The notes below the pieces were generated by a model, which made no database searches, had not been told where the DNA came from, and saw only the letters and a program-made list of their open reading frames with translations. From Octopus sinensis (lineage: Eukaryota): a DNA stretch of 64,000 nucleotides. A program made the translations under genes and the position numbers. Location of the stretch: positions 78,802,001 to 78,866,000 of the forward strand of contig NC_043000.1 of assembly GCF_006345805.1 (NCBI RefSeq), read 5' to 3'. Positions 11,080-23,939 of this stretch are shown here, piece after piece; position 1 is the stretch's first letter, and each line of letters starts with the position of its first letter.

Positions 11080-12200
11080 TTTCTTGTCTGTCCTAAATAC
11101 CAATATCCGGTCTTTTATGTTTACATTTGGTCATTTTGATGGAAATGTTCCATTAATATTCCTTGCGTTGATGTTTATTCAATAGAAGGAGGTTCTCTAA
11201 ATTTATTCCATAATAGTCTTATTCTTCTGATAGCATTGTATATTGTTGTATCGACTATGTTGTGTCGCATAGAGAGCTGGTACTTCGAAGACATATTTGG
11301 GCAGCTGCTTACCACGTGGGTGATGTTTTGAACAGAAATGTGACATGCTCTATATTTTCAGCTCTAAGGCGTCACCCTCTCTTTTTTTTTTGCTGTGAAT
11401 TTTGTAGCACTCTAGTCTGATGTGATGTAGCTTCGAAGAATCCAAGGAAGGCTGCACTTTATGTCAATATTAGTGTGCTTTCAAGTTTTCGAGAAAGGTA
11501 CGATGCATAGTCTTCGGTGGGGTATGCAGAGCACTTCACGTTAAGGTTTTCTTTCAGACATCTGAGTGCAGCTGTTTTAGGGGTTGAATGGGAAATCGAC
11601 AAGAAGAGAGTGTTTCTTGAGGATCTCACTACCGACATACAGGATATTGTTCTCTTTGTTATTCAGTACTAAGTTTATGCATTCAGTACTAACTTTATGC
11701 AAGCGTTGTATGAGATTGACTCTACATTGCAGACTGTCTACACCTATCTCAAGCATCTTCCCACTTCAATTCTTCATGGATAGAGGCAGCCGATATCATT
11801 GCCTCTGTGGAAGTTTCCATTTGATGTTGGGATTTTAATGTCAAAGGCGCGGATTTTCACTACAAACCTGTCAACTACTTCACTGGTACTGCAAGTGGAT
11901 TGTGGGATATTGATGTGTATGAGGAGAATTCTACCATATATTTCGAAGTTTATCATACTAATCTCGGACCACTCTATCTTCATACATACAACATCTGCGT
12001 ATGATGTGTTTTCATCAAAGCCTAGGTATTTGTACCATTCTTGGTGTGGTAAAGAAGACATAGTGAGACCATTGATGCATAAATTATGTGTTTCTTGGGG
12101 ACTGATTTTCTACGTGAAACCATCAAATACGAACATTTGTTTTTAGTCAAATTGCATCTCTCTGTGAGTTGAAAATGATAGCTTCAACAATTTACTTTTC
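11080..12200 (-). pseudogene. R4/Dong-like RT C-terminus to RLE fragment
   Basis: YKYLG, KIRAF..., LY..R..GR.LR, THVVSSC...RHN knuckle and RPDI endonuclease motif across broken frames. Confidence 0.65.
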
Positions 12201-12719
12201 TCTTTGGCATTTTATAAATCTTAGTATAAATCTTCAGGTTATCCATAAAGAAGTTAAGTGTTTTGTTGGTCAATGAGTGTGAAAATTGTTCGCCAGTCCT
12301 TTGTAATCCTCTCAGTGGCAGTACCTAATGCATTAGGTACTTTGTATGTATGTATGCATGTACATATGTATGTAAGTATGTATGTATATATGTATGTTAT
12401 TGCTCAGAACTCTTGCCAATAGAGAAAGATCCGGTTTCTAACCTAGATCCAAGGCTCCTTCATTGGAATTTCAACATCAAACACGGGTATGTATTATTGT
12501 ATGTATTATGTATGTATGTATGTATGTATGTGTATGTATGTATGATGTATGTATGCAGCATGTATGTATGTATGTATGTATGTGTATGTATGCATGTATG
12601 TATGTATGTATGTATATATGTATATATATGTGCAGATTTGTATGTTTTGTCTTATGTATATATTCTCAAGCATATAGTTGCATATCTAGACATGCTCATA
12701 TATATTTAAATGATAAACT

Positions 12720-12965
12720 CCTGGAAATTTGTACAGATTATAAAAGTTCTAGTGATGGATTGGGACAGTATTCTTCGAATTAGCTTTCTCCTTTCTGGTT
12801 TTGAGAAGCCTAACTTTCTCAAGACTGGTATTTAGGCAATGTGTTACATATCCCAGGGCCCCAATAATTATAGGTATAAACCTGAACTTGTAATCTGGAT
12901 AGAGTAACTGCAGATTTCTCAATAGTTCAGTGTAGGTATTCTCTTTTTTACTGATCTTCAGATTT
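12720..12965 (-). pseudogene. R4-like restriction-like endonuclease C-terminal fragment
   Basis: LKISKKENTYTELLRNL...FIPIIIGALG; longer mirror copy at 33230-33640+ includes the KHNTPDIMIWD motif. Confidence 0.7.
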
Positions 12966-12981
12966 ATGCTACATCCCGCGC

Positions 12982-13796
<815 letters not shown>

Positions 13797-14677
13797 TTAA
13801 TAATATCGAAAAATACCTTAGGAATGAAAACTCAATATATAATTATATATTGTAAATAAATGAATATGCATGGCTTAGTATTTAAAGTTATTGACCTATT
13901 GTCTCTTTGAGTACGGCCCATAATGGCTCTGGTCTGCTCTACTGCAACAAGTGCCAACCAAATGGCCGGCGCAACTCTCTTTCTAGATGTTATATCCAGA
14001 ATGCTTTGCAGGGTCAGAGCAGAGAATGTGGAAGTCATTTTGTATATGATCGCCCACAATAGTTGGCTATCATGCACATCCATGCCTTCGTGTGCCACAC
14101 ACAACTTAGCTTGTTATTTAGCCACCCTTTTTGATACCACTGGTGTGGATATCAATTATCTTCTCTCTTCGTATTCCCTAGATTCTATGACTGTTCAGTT
14201 CTTCAAGGCCCAATTGGTGGCCAAGATCAAGGTGTTCGAATGTTTTCCCGGGATATACTGAAGAACGCATGCGCCACTTTTCAAAGCTTCTTGAAGCCGT
14301 AGTGGAAGTTGATGACAGCTACTTTGAGTAAACTATTATATCACAGCCCTAATCTAGTTGATAGATTTATATATTTAAAATATTTTATGTTTGGATGGGA
14401 TGTTGTTTTCGTTTCCTATTGCACAAACTCTCAAATGCAACCTTAGCACACCGTGTGCGTGTGTGTGTCTGTGAGTGAGTGCGTGTGTGTGTGTGTGTGT
14501 GTATCTGTGTGTGTGCGTCTGTGTAATAAAAACACAATTAGGCTGAAGTTCACTACAGCGGTTTCAAACGTGTTTTTGTTGAGGAACTACATCATACAGA
14601 AATGAATGTTTTGTTGAGGTTAATTAAGATTAAATTCCAAAATTTATCATTTAAGATATTTACACAAAATGTATAGA

Positions 14678-14750
<73 letters not shown>

Positions 14751-14933
14751 CGTGTGTGTGTGTGTGTTTGTGTGTGTATAATAAAAAAATTGCTTGCCAA
14801 CAACTTGGTTCCAGGTTCAATCCCACTGTGCGATTGCAGCCTGGGCAAGTGTCTTCTTTTCTAGCTCCGGGTGGAGAAATTCTCATCAGAGTATTGGTAG
14901 ACAGAAACTAAAAATATTATATATATATTATAT

Positions 14934-15012
<79 letters not shown>

Positions 15013-15014
15013 AT

Positions 15015-15972
15015 ACAACTAATGTAGGATAAAAATTTTTTCGAAAAAAAAAATTTTACCAATGGCCAGCATATCAAAAAATAACTTTAAAAGTTAAATA
15101 TATAAATAACTTATAAAATAAGGGCACAAAAAAAATTCTAATGACAAATATGCCAAAAAACGACAAAATTGTCAATAACCATTATAATTTTTGCGTCTCG
15201 AAACAAGCCGATAGAAATTTCTAAAAAATCCGTTATTACCATATTGGTTCCAAGTTTGGGGTTAATTCATAAGAATTTTCCCCTCCTCAGCGATAAATAC
15301 GTAAGACATAAATGAAATACTTACTCATACCCATGGAAAAAGCAAGCAGTAAGTCCTGAGCAGATCTAAGTACCCCAACTATATCCAAAATAGAGAATCT
15401 TCGGCACATATCGAGACACGTGTGATTCGAACTAGAAACTTTCACAGAGTGAGAGAATCCGGAAGTGAACACTTAAATTTACAACTATTATAGGATAAAA
15501 TTTTTTCGAAAAAAAAAATTTATCAATGGCCAGCATATCAAAAAATACCTCTAAAGGTTAAATTGATAAATAACTTATAAAATAAGGGCAAAAGATAAAT
15601 TCTAATGCCAAATATGCCGAAAAAAAGACAAAATTGTCAATAACCATTGTAATTTATGCGTCTCGAAAGAAGCCGATAGAAACATTTCTAAAAATTCCGT
15701 TATTACCGTATTGGTCCCAATACGATTCTCTCACTCTGTGAAAGTTTCTAGTTCGAATCACACGTTTCTCGAGATGTGCCGAAGATTTTCTATTTTGGAT
15801 ATATTTGGGGTACTTAGGTCTGCTCAGGACTTACTGCTTGCTTTTTCCATGGGTATGAGTAAGTATTTCATTTATGTCTAACGTATCTATCGCTGAGGAG
15901 GGGAAAATTCTTATGAATTAACCCCGAAATTCGGACCAATACGTTAAAAACTGATTTTTAGAAATTTCTATC
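15015..15972. repeat. Direct-plus-inverted local triplication of a ~450-bp dispersed repeat
   Basis: 15015-15253 repeated directly at 15481-15720; 15724-15972 is the reverse complement of 15209-15460. Confidence 0.9.
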
Positions 15973-16549
15973 TATGTTAATAGAAATTGATATATATCTA
16001 TATTTATAGAAATATAAAATGATTTTTATATTTTCTATCCCTATATAAGATACTAAAATTTATTAGAATCCTTTGGAAAAAAACTACCTGAAGGATATTT
16101 ATTTAAAATTCGCAAACTGAATTATGGCTGTTAAATGGTAAACGACATTAGAAACCCCTAGAGCATTAGTAGTCTCTATTCTCCTTACTCCACTAAATTT
16201 AGCCTACTAACTTTAACCAAAATACATTCAAATATGCCTAAGTTAAATTCTTCATAATGGTAATGATTTATGACTCTGACATTTGTACTACCCCTTCCTC
16301 TATCTATAAATAGAAAAAATTCTTGTTTGTTTCCATTGAACGAAACGAAAAAAACCCTCCCCATTGATAAATCTAAATAACAACGTGAACTCAGTGATAA
16401 AAAATCTACAGATGGAGAAGGAGCTTCTACTACCATGTTCTTAATGATACAATTAACCTCTCTGTCTATATATCTACCCTCTTTGTAATGTTAGCAAATG
16501 AACTAAATATAAAAATGTACATTGTGCATTTAATTAAAAAATTTCTATA

Positions 16550-16637
16550 TGTGGCTGAAGATTGCTTTACATTTTAAAACTGATGTAATACTTACATCGT
16601 TTAATAAAATGAAGTAGCATGAAACGATTGTACTACA
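16550..16637 (+). ncRNA. Hammerhead-like motif, same family as 5625-5715
   Basis: Stem I tgtgg/ctaca; core CTGAAGA 16555-61; long stem II with inner gatgtaa/ttacatc hairpin (T:T mismatch at first pair); GAAAC-GATT-GTA 16621-32. Confidence 0.55.
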
Positions 16638-17289
16638 CGACCTTAGATATCCTTGTTGCTTATTTTGATTATAATCGTCCCATTTGATTTATATGGATAA
16701 CACCATACCAAATTCTGGTGCCTGTAACTTAAGTACCATACACATCTGAATCTAAATTTTGCTGAACTTATATATACATATATATGCATACATATATATA
16801 TATATACATAAACACACAAGCACACACACACCCACACCCACACACACACATATATATATATTTATGTATGTATTATTTATGTATGTATGTATTTATATAT
16901 GTATGTATTATATATATATGTGTGTGCGCGTGTTCATGTATGTATTTTAAAGTCAGCTGGGTTTGAAGTTGGTGTATTTCTAGAGAACCGGAATACTCTA
17001 CCCATATACTGGGTTATCAACCCTCGGGTTTCAAGCCAAGCAAAGGCCGGAATATATCTGATGACCAAAATCTACGTTTCACGTCACATGGTTTGGCAAA
17101 GAGAAAATGATACAATGAAATTAAAGAAGATAAAGAAAATTCTTTAACACATCTGTAATTATTAGTTACACATTTTCCCGTACCGTCTCCATTTGCAACG
17201 CTAGTTTACGCAAAAATTATAAATGAAAAGTTACGTAATATATGTGGTTTTTGGCATTGGAGAGGCGCTAGAAAGACCTGCATCAAAGT

Positions 17290-17925
17290 TGTGTTATTAC
17301 AGACGTCATTGTCATGTAAGTATCCGGAGGACATGAAAGTAAGAAAATTAAAACTGTGTATGCGGGATGGATCTGTGGGGAAGAAATTATGTGAGGGGCG
17401 AATGAAGAGGGTGGATACATGTCAAAATAAAAGGGAGAAAGTGAAGGAGGGGAGGAAAACGAACAGAAGCCGAAGGAGAAGAATCCGAAGAAGGGAAGGA
17501 AGAAATAGAAGAAAAAGGAGAAGAATCCGAAGAAGGGAAGGAAGAAATAGAAGAAGAAAAAGGAGAAGAAGAAGAAGAAGAAGATGATGATGATGATGAA
17601 GAAGAAGAAGAAGAAGAAGATGATGATGATGATGATGATGAAGAAGAAAAAGAAGAAGAAGAAGAAGAACAAGATGATGATGATGAAGAAGAAGAAGAAG
17701 ATGATGATGATGATGATGAAGAAGAAAAAGAAGAAGAAGAAGACGAAGAAGAAGAAGAAGAAGAAGAAGAGAAGAAGAAGAAGAAGAAGAAGAAGAAGAA
17801 GAAGAAGAAGAAGAAGAAAAAGAAGAAAAAGAAGAAGAAGAAGAATTCTAGGTGTGTGTCAACTGGTTCTGTCAAGGCCATTTTTGCCAATGTTCATAAA
17901 AAGGAACACTATATAATTAACCACA
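17290..17925 (+). repeat. Putative LTR filled with (GAA)n/(GAT)n tract
   Basis: TG...CA termini with imperfect IR (tgtgttatta / taattaaccaca); followed by PBS-like cggcgac; purine tract 17450-17845. The LTR call is weak; the microsatellite is certain. Confidence 0.4.
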
Positions 17926-18566
17926 CGGCGACATTAGACGGTGACAACTTAAAGTGAAAAGTTCTAATACATAAATAACTAGACGATCGTCCGGATGAGT
18001 ATGTTAAAGATGTTTGTTGTGTGGCGAGGTAAAATTTATGATGTTAACATGTTTTGGCATTGGGAGAGAGGTACAAGTAGTAATAGTAAAAGACGAACAT
18101 ACATACAGAAATGTACACAAACACACAGGTACACACACACATACTTGTCGTGGAACGGTCTTTGTATATCTGTGCAAATATAAGATTAATCGTCTGAGTA
18201 TGAGTGCGTGAGCGTGTGATTGTGTCTGTGTACGTGAGTGAGCATGTGTTTGGGTACGTATGTGTGTGTGTGTCCGCGCGTGTCTGCGATCCAAATGTGT
18301 ATGTGTCTCTACGTGTGTGTTTGTGTATGCATGTATATACATCGATACATACAAGACCTCACAAACACGTACAAATAAATCTACACACACACACTCGCAC
18401 ACGCACAAAAAGACACCCACACGATCGTATAGGTGTATCAGTCCATCCATACAAACACGGATATACGCACATACATACGTACATACATACATACATGTAT
18501 ACACACATACATACTACAAACATGCATACACATATATACGTAAATAAATACATACACAGATACATT

Positions 18567-18627
<61 letters not shown>

Positions 18628-18695
18628 GTTTCCGTACTCACGCTCATACATACATATATGTACACATTTATGCATACACACACACACATACACAC

Positions 18696-18793
<98 letters not shown>

Positions 18794-19029
18794 TATGTAT
18801 ATGTGTGTGTGTATATATTAAAATATATATATGTCTTATATATTAAAACAGATTTGTGTGTGGTGCGTGTGTGTGTGTGTGTGTTTAAGCGTGTGTTCCT
18901 TATGGATTCGAAAACTGAGTTGCTGATTTTGACGGATGAGGTATCACAATATTTAGTACACTTTCGGCTGCTAAATAAAGTATAATTTTTGAACAACAAC
19001 TCTTTTTTTACTCCAAAGATTGTTACAAT

Positions 19030-19039
19030 TGGTGACCCC
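19030..19039 (+). promoter_or_regulatory. Primer-binding site (partial tRNA-Trp type)
   Basis: TGGTGACCCC immediately after ...gttaca (LTR-like end at 19027). Confidence 0.7.
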
Positions 19040-19410
19040 AAGCTGAAAAAAAAAAGAACAGGATAGAAGAAGACACAGCGAACAGGTTTTTTTGCCGGAG
19101 AGCGCGGAAAATTCATATTTATTTTCATTTTTTTTTTCTCTTTTTCAGCACGGCGAGGTGGGTCAAATAACCTTATTCATCGCACTCAGTACACAAAACA
19201 AAAAAAAAAAAAAAAAAAAAAGAAAACACACACATTCATTTTTCCTTTTCTGTATTTTGTTTTCCTTGTACACACACTTATTTTTTTTTGCTACCCACGA
19301 GGTGCACACACAAACACAATTTTGATTTGCTTTGTCGGTTCCACGTGTTCTCTCTCCATTTCTCGACCATACTCTCTGCCCCCTTCTCACAGATTCCTTC
19401 CGACAAAGGC

Positions 19411-20145
19411 ATGGCTTCAGGTTTGCCTTCATTCACGGGGGATGCGGGGCTGTGGTTTGCACAGGTGGAATCACACTTTGCCGCGCATACTATTCCTCCA
19501 CAACAGCAGTTACATCTACTGTATTCAAGTTTGCCCTCCCGGCTCGCAACATCGGTCAGGGATCTCATTGTGAGTCCCCATCCTGACGCCACATATGCGT
19601 CAGTAAAGGCGGAAATCCTCCGTCGCAATACGCGCTCAGAAGAAAGTCAGTTTAATGAGCTGATGGCCGACGAGCAGTTAGGGGACAGAACTCCATCCCA
19701 GTTTCTGCGCCATCTAAGGGAGCTAAGCGGCAACGCAGCAGACGCGCCGCTCTTACGTAAAATATTTTTTTCAAGGCTGCCTGCCCACGTACAGACAATG
19801 TTGGCCACGGCACTCGATTCTGTGTCTGTGGACCAGATCGCCACGATGGCCGACAAGGTGTTGGAGTTTTCGCGCCCATCTCCCTCGCGGGGCCTGTACG
19901 CATGTACAGAGCCCCCTCCGACGAACGATAAACTAGCCGAGAACATCGATGCGCTTACGCGGAGAATCGATGATCTGTGCCGTGCGATCGGACGCCAATC
20001 TCGCAGTCGTAGTCGCAGTAGCTCTATTTCCCGTAGTCTGAATGACTCTGTTTCTCGTTCCGGCTGGTGCTGGTACCATTCGAAGTATGCCGAAAAGGCA
20101 GATCGGTGTACCCAGCCGTGCACTTTCAAGCCCTCGGAAAACTAA
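19411..20145 (+). CDS. gag: Ty3/Gypsy gag
   Basis: Intact 244-aa ORF MASGLPSFTGDAGLWFAQVESHF...DEQLGDRTPSQFLRHLREL...WCWYHSKYAEKADRC; directly upstream of a -1 frame protease. Confidence 0.85.
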   Translation: MASGLPSFTGDAGLWFAQVESHFAAHTIPPQQQLHLLYSSLPSRLATSVRDLIVSPHPDATYASVKAEILRRNTRSEESQFNELMADEQLGDRTPSQFLRHLRELSGNAADAPLLRKIFFSRLPAHVQTMLATALDSVSVDQIATMADKVLEFSRPSPSRGLYACTEPPPTNDKLAENIDALTRRIDDLCRAIGRQSRSRSRSSSISRSLNDSVSRSGWCWYHSKYAEKADRCTQPCTFKPSEN

Positions 20146-23100
20146 ATCCGGAGGAGGTGAGCACGTCACCTTCTTCCATCTCGTTTCCCAAACATCGTGC
20201 ATTCTTTGTAAAAGATCTGGTGTCGAAGAAATTCTTCATGGTGGACACCGGCTCCTGTTGCAGAATCTGGCCCCTTCGTCTGGCTGCAGACAAGCCCAAG
20301 CGCTCTTCGATTGTCTTGCATGCTATTGACTCGTCTCCCATAACCACTTACGGTCAGATTTCGCTGCGCCTCGACCTCAACCTTCGTCGGGACTTTCAAT
20401 GGGTTTTCGTCATCGCTGACATCCCGCATCCTATTCTCGGCGCTGATTTCCTGGATAGGTTTAATCTATTGGTGGATGTCAGGCGTCGGAGGCTTCTTGA
20501 TAGCACGACGTCGCTCTCTACACCGACTGGGAGTTCCACCACTGCGGTCCTTAGCCCGACATTCTTTGTTGCCACCTCTGGAGACCCTTTTCACTCTCTT
20601 TTGGTTTCATTTCCGGAGCTAGTGGACATTGCCTTTAAACCGGAAAAGCCTACCCACTCGACCCTCCATTTCATCACCACCACTGGGCCACCTGTATTCT
20701 CACGCCCCCGGCGCCTAGCGCCAGACCGACTAAAAACGGCCAGAGCCGAGTTTGAGCACATGCTTCAACTTGGCCTTATACGCCCCTCCACCAGCCCTTG
20801 GGCATCTCCCCTTCATTTGGCGCGAAAGGGCGAGTCTGATTTTCGCCCGGTTGGAGACTATCGACGCCTCAATGCCGTCACAATAGCCGACCGCTACCCG
20901 ATTAGAAATCTCCAGGACTTTACGGCAAATCTCCATGGTTGTACCATTTTTTCGAAGGTCGATCTGATACGCGCTTAGCACCAAATACCGGTCAACCCAG
21001 CCGACGTTCCAAAAACTGCGATCACTACCCCGTTTGGGTGTTTTGAGTTTTTGTACATGAGTTTCGGTTTGCGGAATGCTACTAGCACCTTCCAGCGTTT
21101 CATTGATGAGGTTGTCCGCGGTCTTGATTTTGTGTTTGCCTATGTCGATGACATACTCATTGCGAGCGACACACGAGAAAATCATCTCCGGCACCTTTCT
21201 CAACTCTTCCAGCGTCTTCGCGCGTATAGTATACGCATAAACCCCGACAAGTGTGTTTTCGGACGCTCTTCCCTAGATTTTCTAGGGCATCATATTGATT
21301 CGACTGGAATCAGCCCCCTCTCGTCAAAAGTCGATGCCATTCAACGCATCGCACCCCCCACTTCCTTGCGCCATCTCAGGCATTATCTAGGGATGATCAA
21401 TTTCTACCGACGTTTCATTCCCGGTTGTGCAGATAAGCTGCTACCTCTCACCAGGCTGTTAAAGGACTCTCCTAGAAAGGACAGTCAAGTCACCCTCTCT
21501 GTTGAGGCAGTGACAGCCTTTGAGTCCATTAAGAAGGAGCTGGCTTCTGTTTCTTTGCTTGCACATCCAGTTCCTGGTGCTTCTCTCTCTTTGACTGTGG
21601 ACGCATCGGACACTGCGATTGGCGCTGTGTTACAACACACAGTGGATGATCATGTTCGACCTCTAGCCTTTTTCCCGTCAACTGCAACCAGCTGAACGAC
21701 GATACAGCACCTTTGATCGTGAGCTCCTAGCGATCTATCTATCGGTTCGTCATTTCCAGCATCAACTTGAAGGGCGAGATTTTGTGATCTATACGGATCA
21801 CAAGCCCCTTACGTTTGCCCTGTTTTCAAAAACGGACAAACTCTCACCCCGTGCTTTTCGGCACCTGGATTTTATCTCTCAATTCACTAGCAACATTCAA
21901 CACATACCAGGAAAAGAGAACGTTCCTGCTGACGCTCTCCCTCGCCTTCCCGTTTGCGCCCTTTCGTCTCCTGCTGCTATCGACTTAGATGCCATATCGC
22001 AGGAGCAGCCACCTTTGGCGTCGTTAGATTTAACTTCTCCCAAGTTCTCCTGTTGCCAGTTTTCCTGCCTTCCGCTTCCGTCAGCCGAAGGCACCATTCT
22101 TTGTGACACTTCCACTGGATCTCCCAGGCCACTGGTGCCTGAGAACCATCAACGCTCAGTGTTTGAAGCACTGCACTCCTTATCACATCCTGGCATCGCT
22201 GCCACCCTCAAACTAATCACTGCTCGGTTTTTCTGGCCGAATATGCGTCGCACAATTACTTGTTGGACACGCACCTGCTCCAAGTGTCAACGATCCAAGA
22301 TTCAACGGCACATTCGTGCCCCGCTTGGACAATTTCCCCCCACGGAGGCCTGTTTTCGCCATGTCCACATCGATCTGGTTGGACCATGGCCTGTGAGTCG
22401 CGGGTTCTCTTATCTATTAACTTGTGTCGATCGCTTCTCCCGCTGGCCAGAAGCCATTCTGATAGCAGACATTTCTGCTGAGACTGTTGCGCGAGCTTTC
22501 GTTTCAAACTGGATTTCTCGCTTCGGAGTCCCGTCCCGATTGACAACTGATCGTGGACGACAGTTTGAGGCCTCGCTATTTCGCGAATTGTCGCGAATTT
22601 TGGGTATGCACCATATCCACACCACAAGCTACCATCCAGCGTCTAATGGATTGGTTGAGCGGTTCCTTAGACAGCTCAAGGCCGCTCTTCGTGCCTCTTC
22701 AGACCCACAGTCCTGGATCGAATTTCTGCCCATTGTGCTTCTCGGCTGTCGGACTGCTGTCAAGGCAGACCTGGGGTTTTCTGCTGCAGAGCTGCTGTAT
22801 GGTACCACACTGGCATTGCCTGGTACGATGTTGGTGCCAGACACTTCCCAGCCCCATGATCCGGCGACCTATGTCACCAGACTGCGGGCATATTTTTCGA
22901 ACCTTCCGCCCATGGTTCCCAGAAAGCAATCTCCACCGTCCCATCTTCCACCGGATATGAACACCTGGTCGCATGTTTTTGTTCGGGACAATTCTGTGAA
23001 GGGCCCACTTGTTTCTCCCTATAAAGGACCTTTTCGTGTGCTTTCTCGCACACCAAAGGTTTTCACGATTGAGATAAATGGTCGTTCGGAGAGCGTTTCC

Positions 23101-23370
23101 GTGGACCGTTTAAAACAGGCACATTTTGAGACGTCTTCATCTTTTGATGACAACCTTGACACACCCACCTATGCACCTTTAACAACACTTTCACCTGCAC
23201 AAACGCCTTCACCTGCACAAACACCTTCACCTGCACAGACGCCTTTGCCTTCACCGGCTCCTACAACACCACCCTCGCCGTCAACGGGTGCCCCGAGCAC
23301 ACCGTATGTTACAAAATCGGGCAGAACAGTGCATTGGCCCAAGAAACTTTCAAAAACAATCTACATTTAA
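20067..23370 (+). pseudogene. pol: Ty3/Gypsy pol (PR-RT-RH-IN), one nonsense and one frameshift
   Basis: Protease VDTGS; RT RPVGDYR, YVDD; RNase H TVDASD, YTDHKPL; integrase HHCC and IDLVG/TDRG/VERF. TAG at 20976-78 replaces Y in IRAYHQIPV; frameshift at ~21670. 18-bp SPAQTP repeats x3 near the C-terminus. Confidence 0.95.
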
Positions 23371-23499
23371 CTTTCTTTAAAATGTTTCTTATTGTATAAT
23401 AGTATGTACCAAGTCTTCTGGGGGATCGGCAAGCCTTCTGTTTTCTGCAGCACCACCACAAGATTCTTGTTGCCGTACTTCGCACTCGGAGGGGAGCCC

Positions 23500-23918
23500 T
23501 GTAGTGATGCTACTGTGTAGGGTTCGGCGCGCATGCGCAGAATGGGACTACTTCCGGGTGGCCACCGGAAGTTCTCCCCATGCGCATGTGCGGGAAAACG
23601 TCCCTCGAGCCCGCGAACCTCAAATCTCTCTCTTCGGCTAAGACAGCATTGCGATCGGTCACGAATTCTCGGCTCTGACCGCCACACGACCAGCAACCAA
23701 CTTCAACCAACTTCAACGACCAACACGAAGCAGTATATCAGAGGCTGTCTTTCCCCCACCAGACAACGTACTACACTGAAATCAATAAACCAAACTACTG
23801 TCTGTTCACCCTTTTAACCTGAGTTCGTCTGTATTGTTTTCTGGAAGAATTTTATATGTGACTAGAAAGGATCTCGACACCCTTCCAGTGCTTCGATAAT
23901 AGATCCTTTCACGTTACA
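23500..23918 (+). mobile_element. LTR-b (419 bp)
   Basis: Polypurine tract ggaggggag at 23488-96; TGTA...TACA termini; internal AATAAA; followed by a PBS. Confidence 0.85.
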
Positions 23919-23921
23919 AAT

Positions 23922-23939
23922 TGGTGACCCCGACGTGAT
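23922..23939 (+). promoter_or_regulatory. Perfect 18-nt tRNA-Trp primer-binding site
   Basis: TGGTGACCCCGACGTGAT is the complement of the tRNA-Trp 3' end (same PBS as avian retroviruses), 3 nt after LTR-b. Confidence 0.9.

Noticed and set aside
8295-12230. Twin-priming inversion of an R4 element
   Set aside because: The fragments converge (3' ends inward), whereas twin priming leaves 5' ends meeting in the middle.
17283-17916. Poly-K/M/R and poly-S/F ORFs (also poly-I/L/Y at 12749-13274)
   Set aside because: Trinucleotide-repeat artefacts.
19647-23696. Antisense/alternate-frame ORFs over gag-pol (and over ORF1/ORF2 at 54-63 kb)
   Set aside because: Shadow ORFs of GC-rich or purine-rich coding sequence; no motifs.
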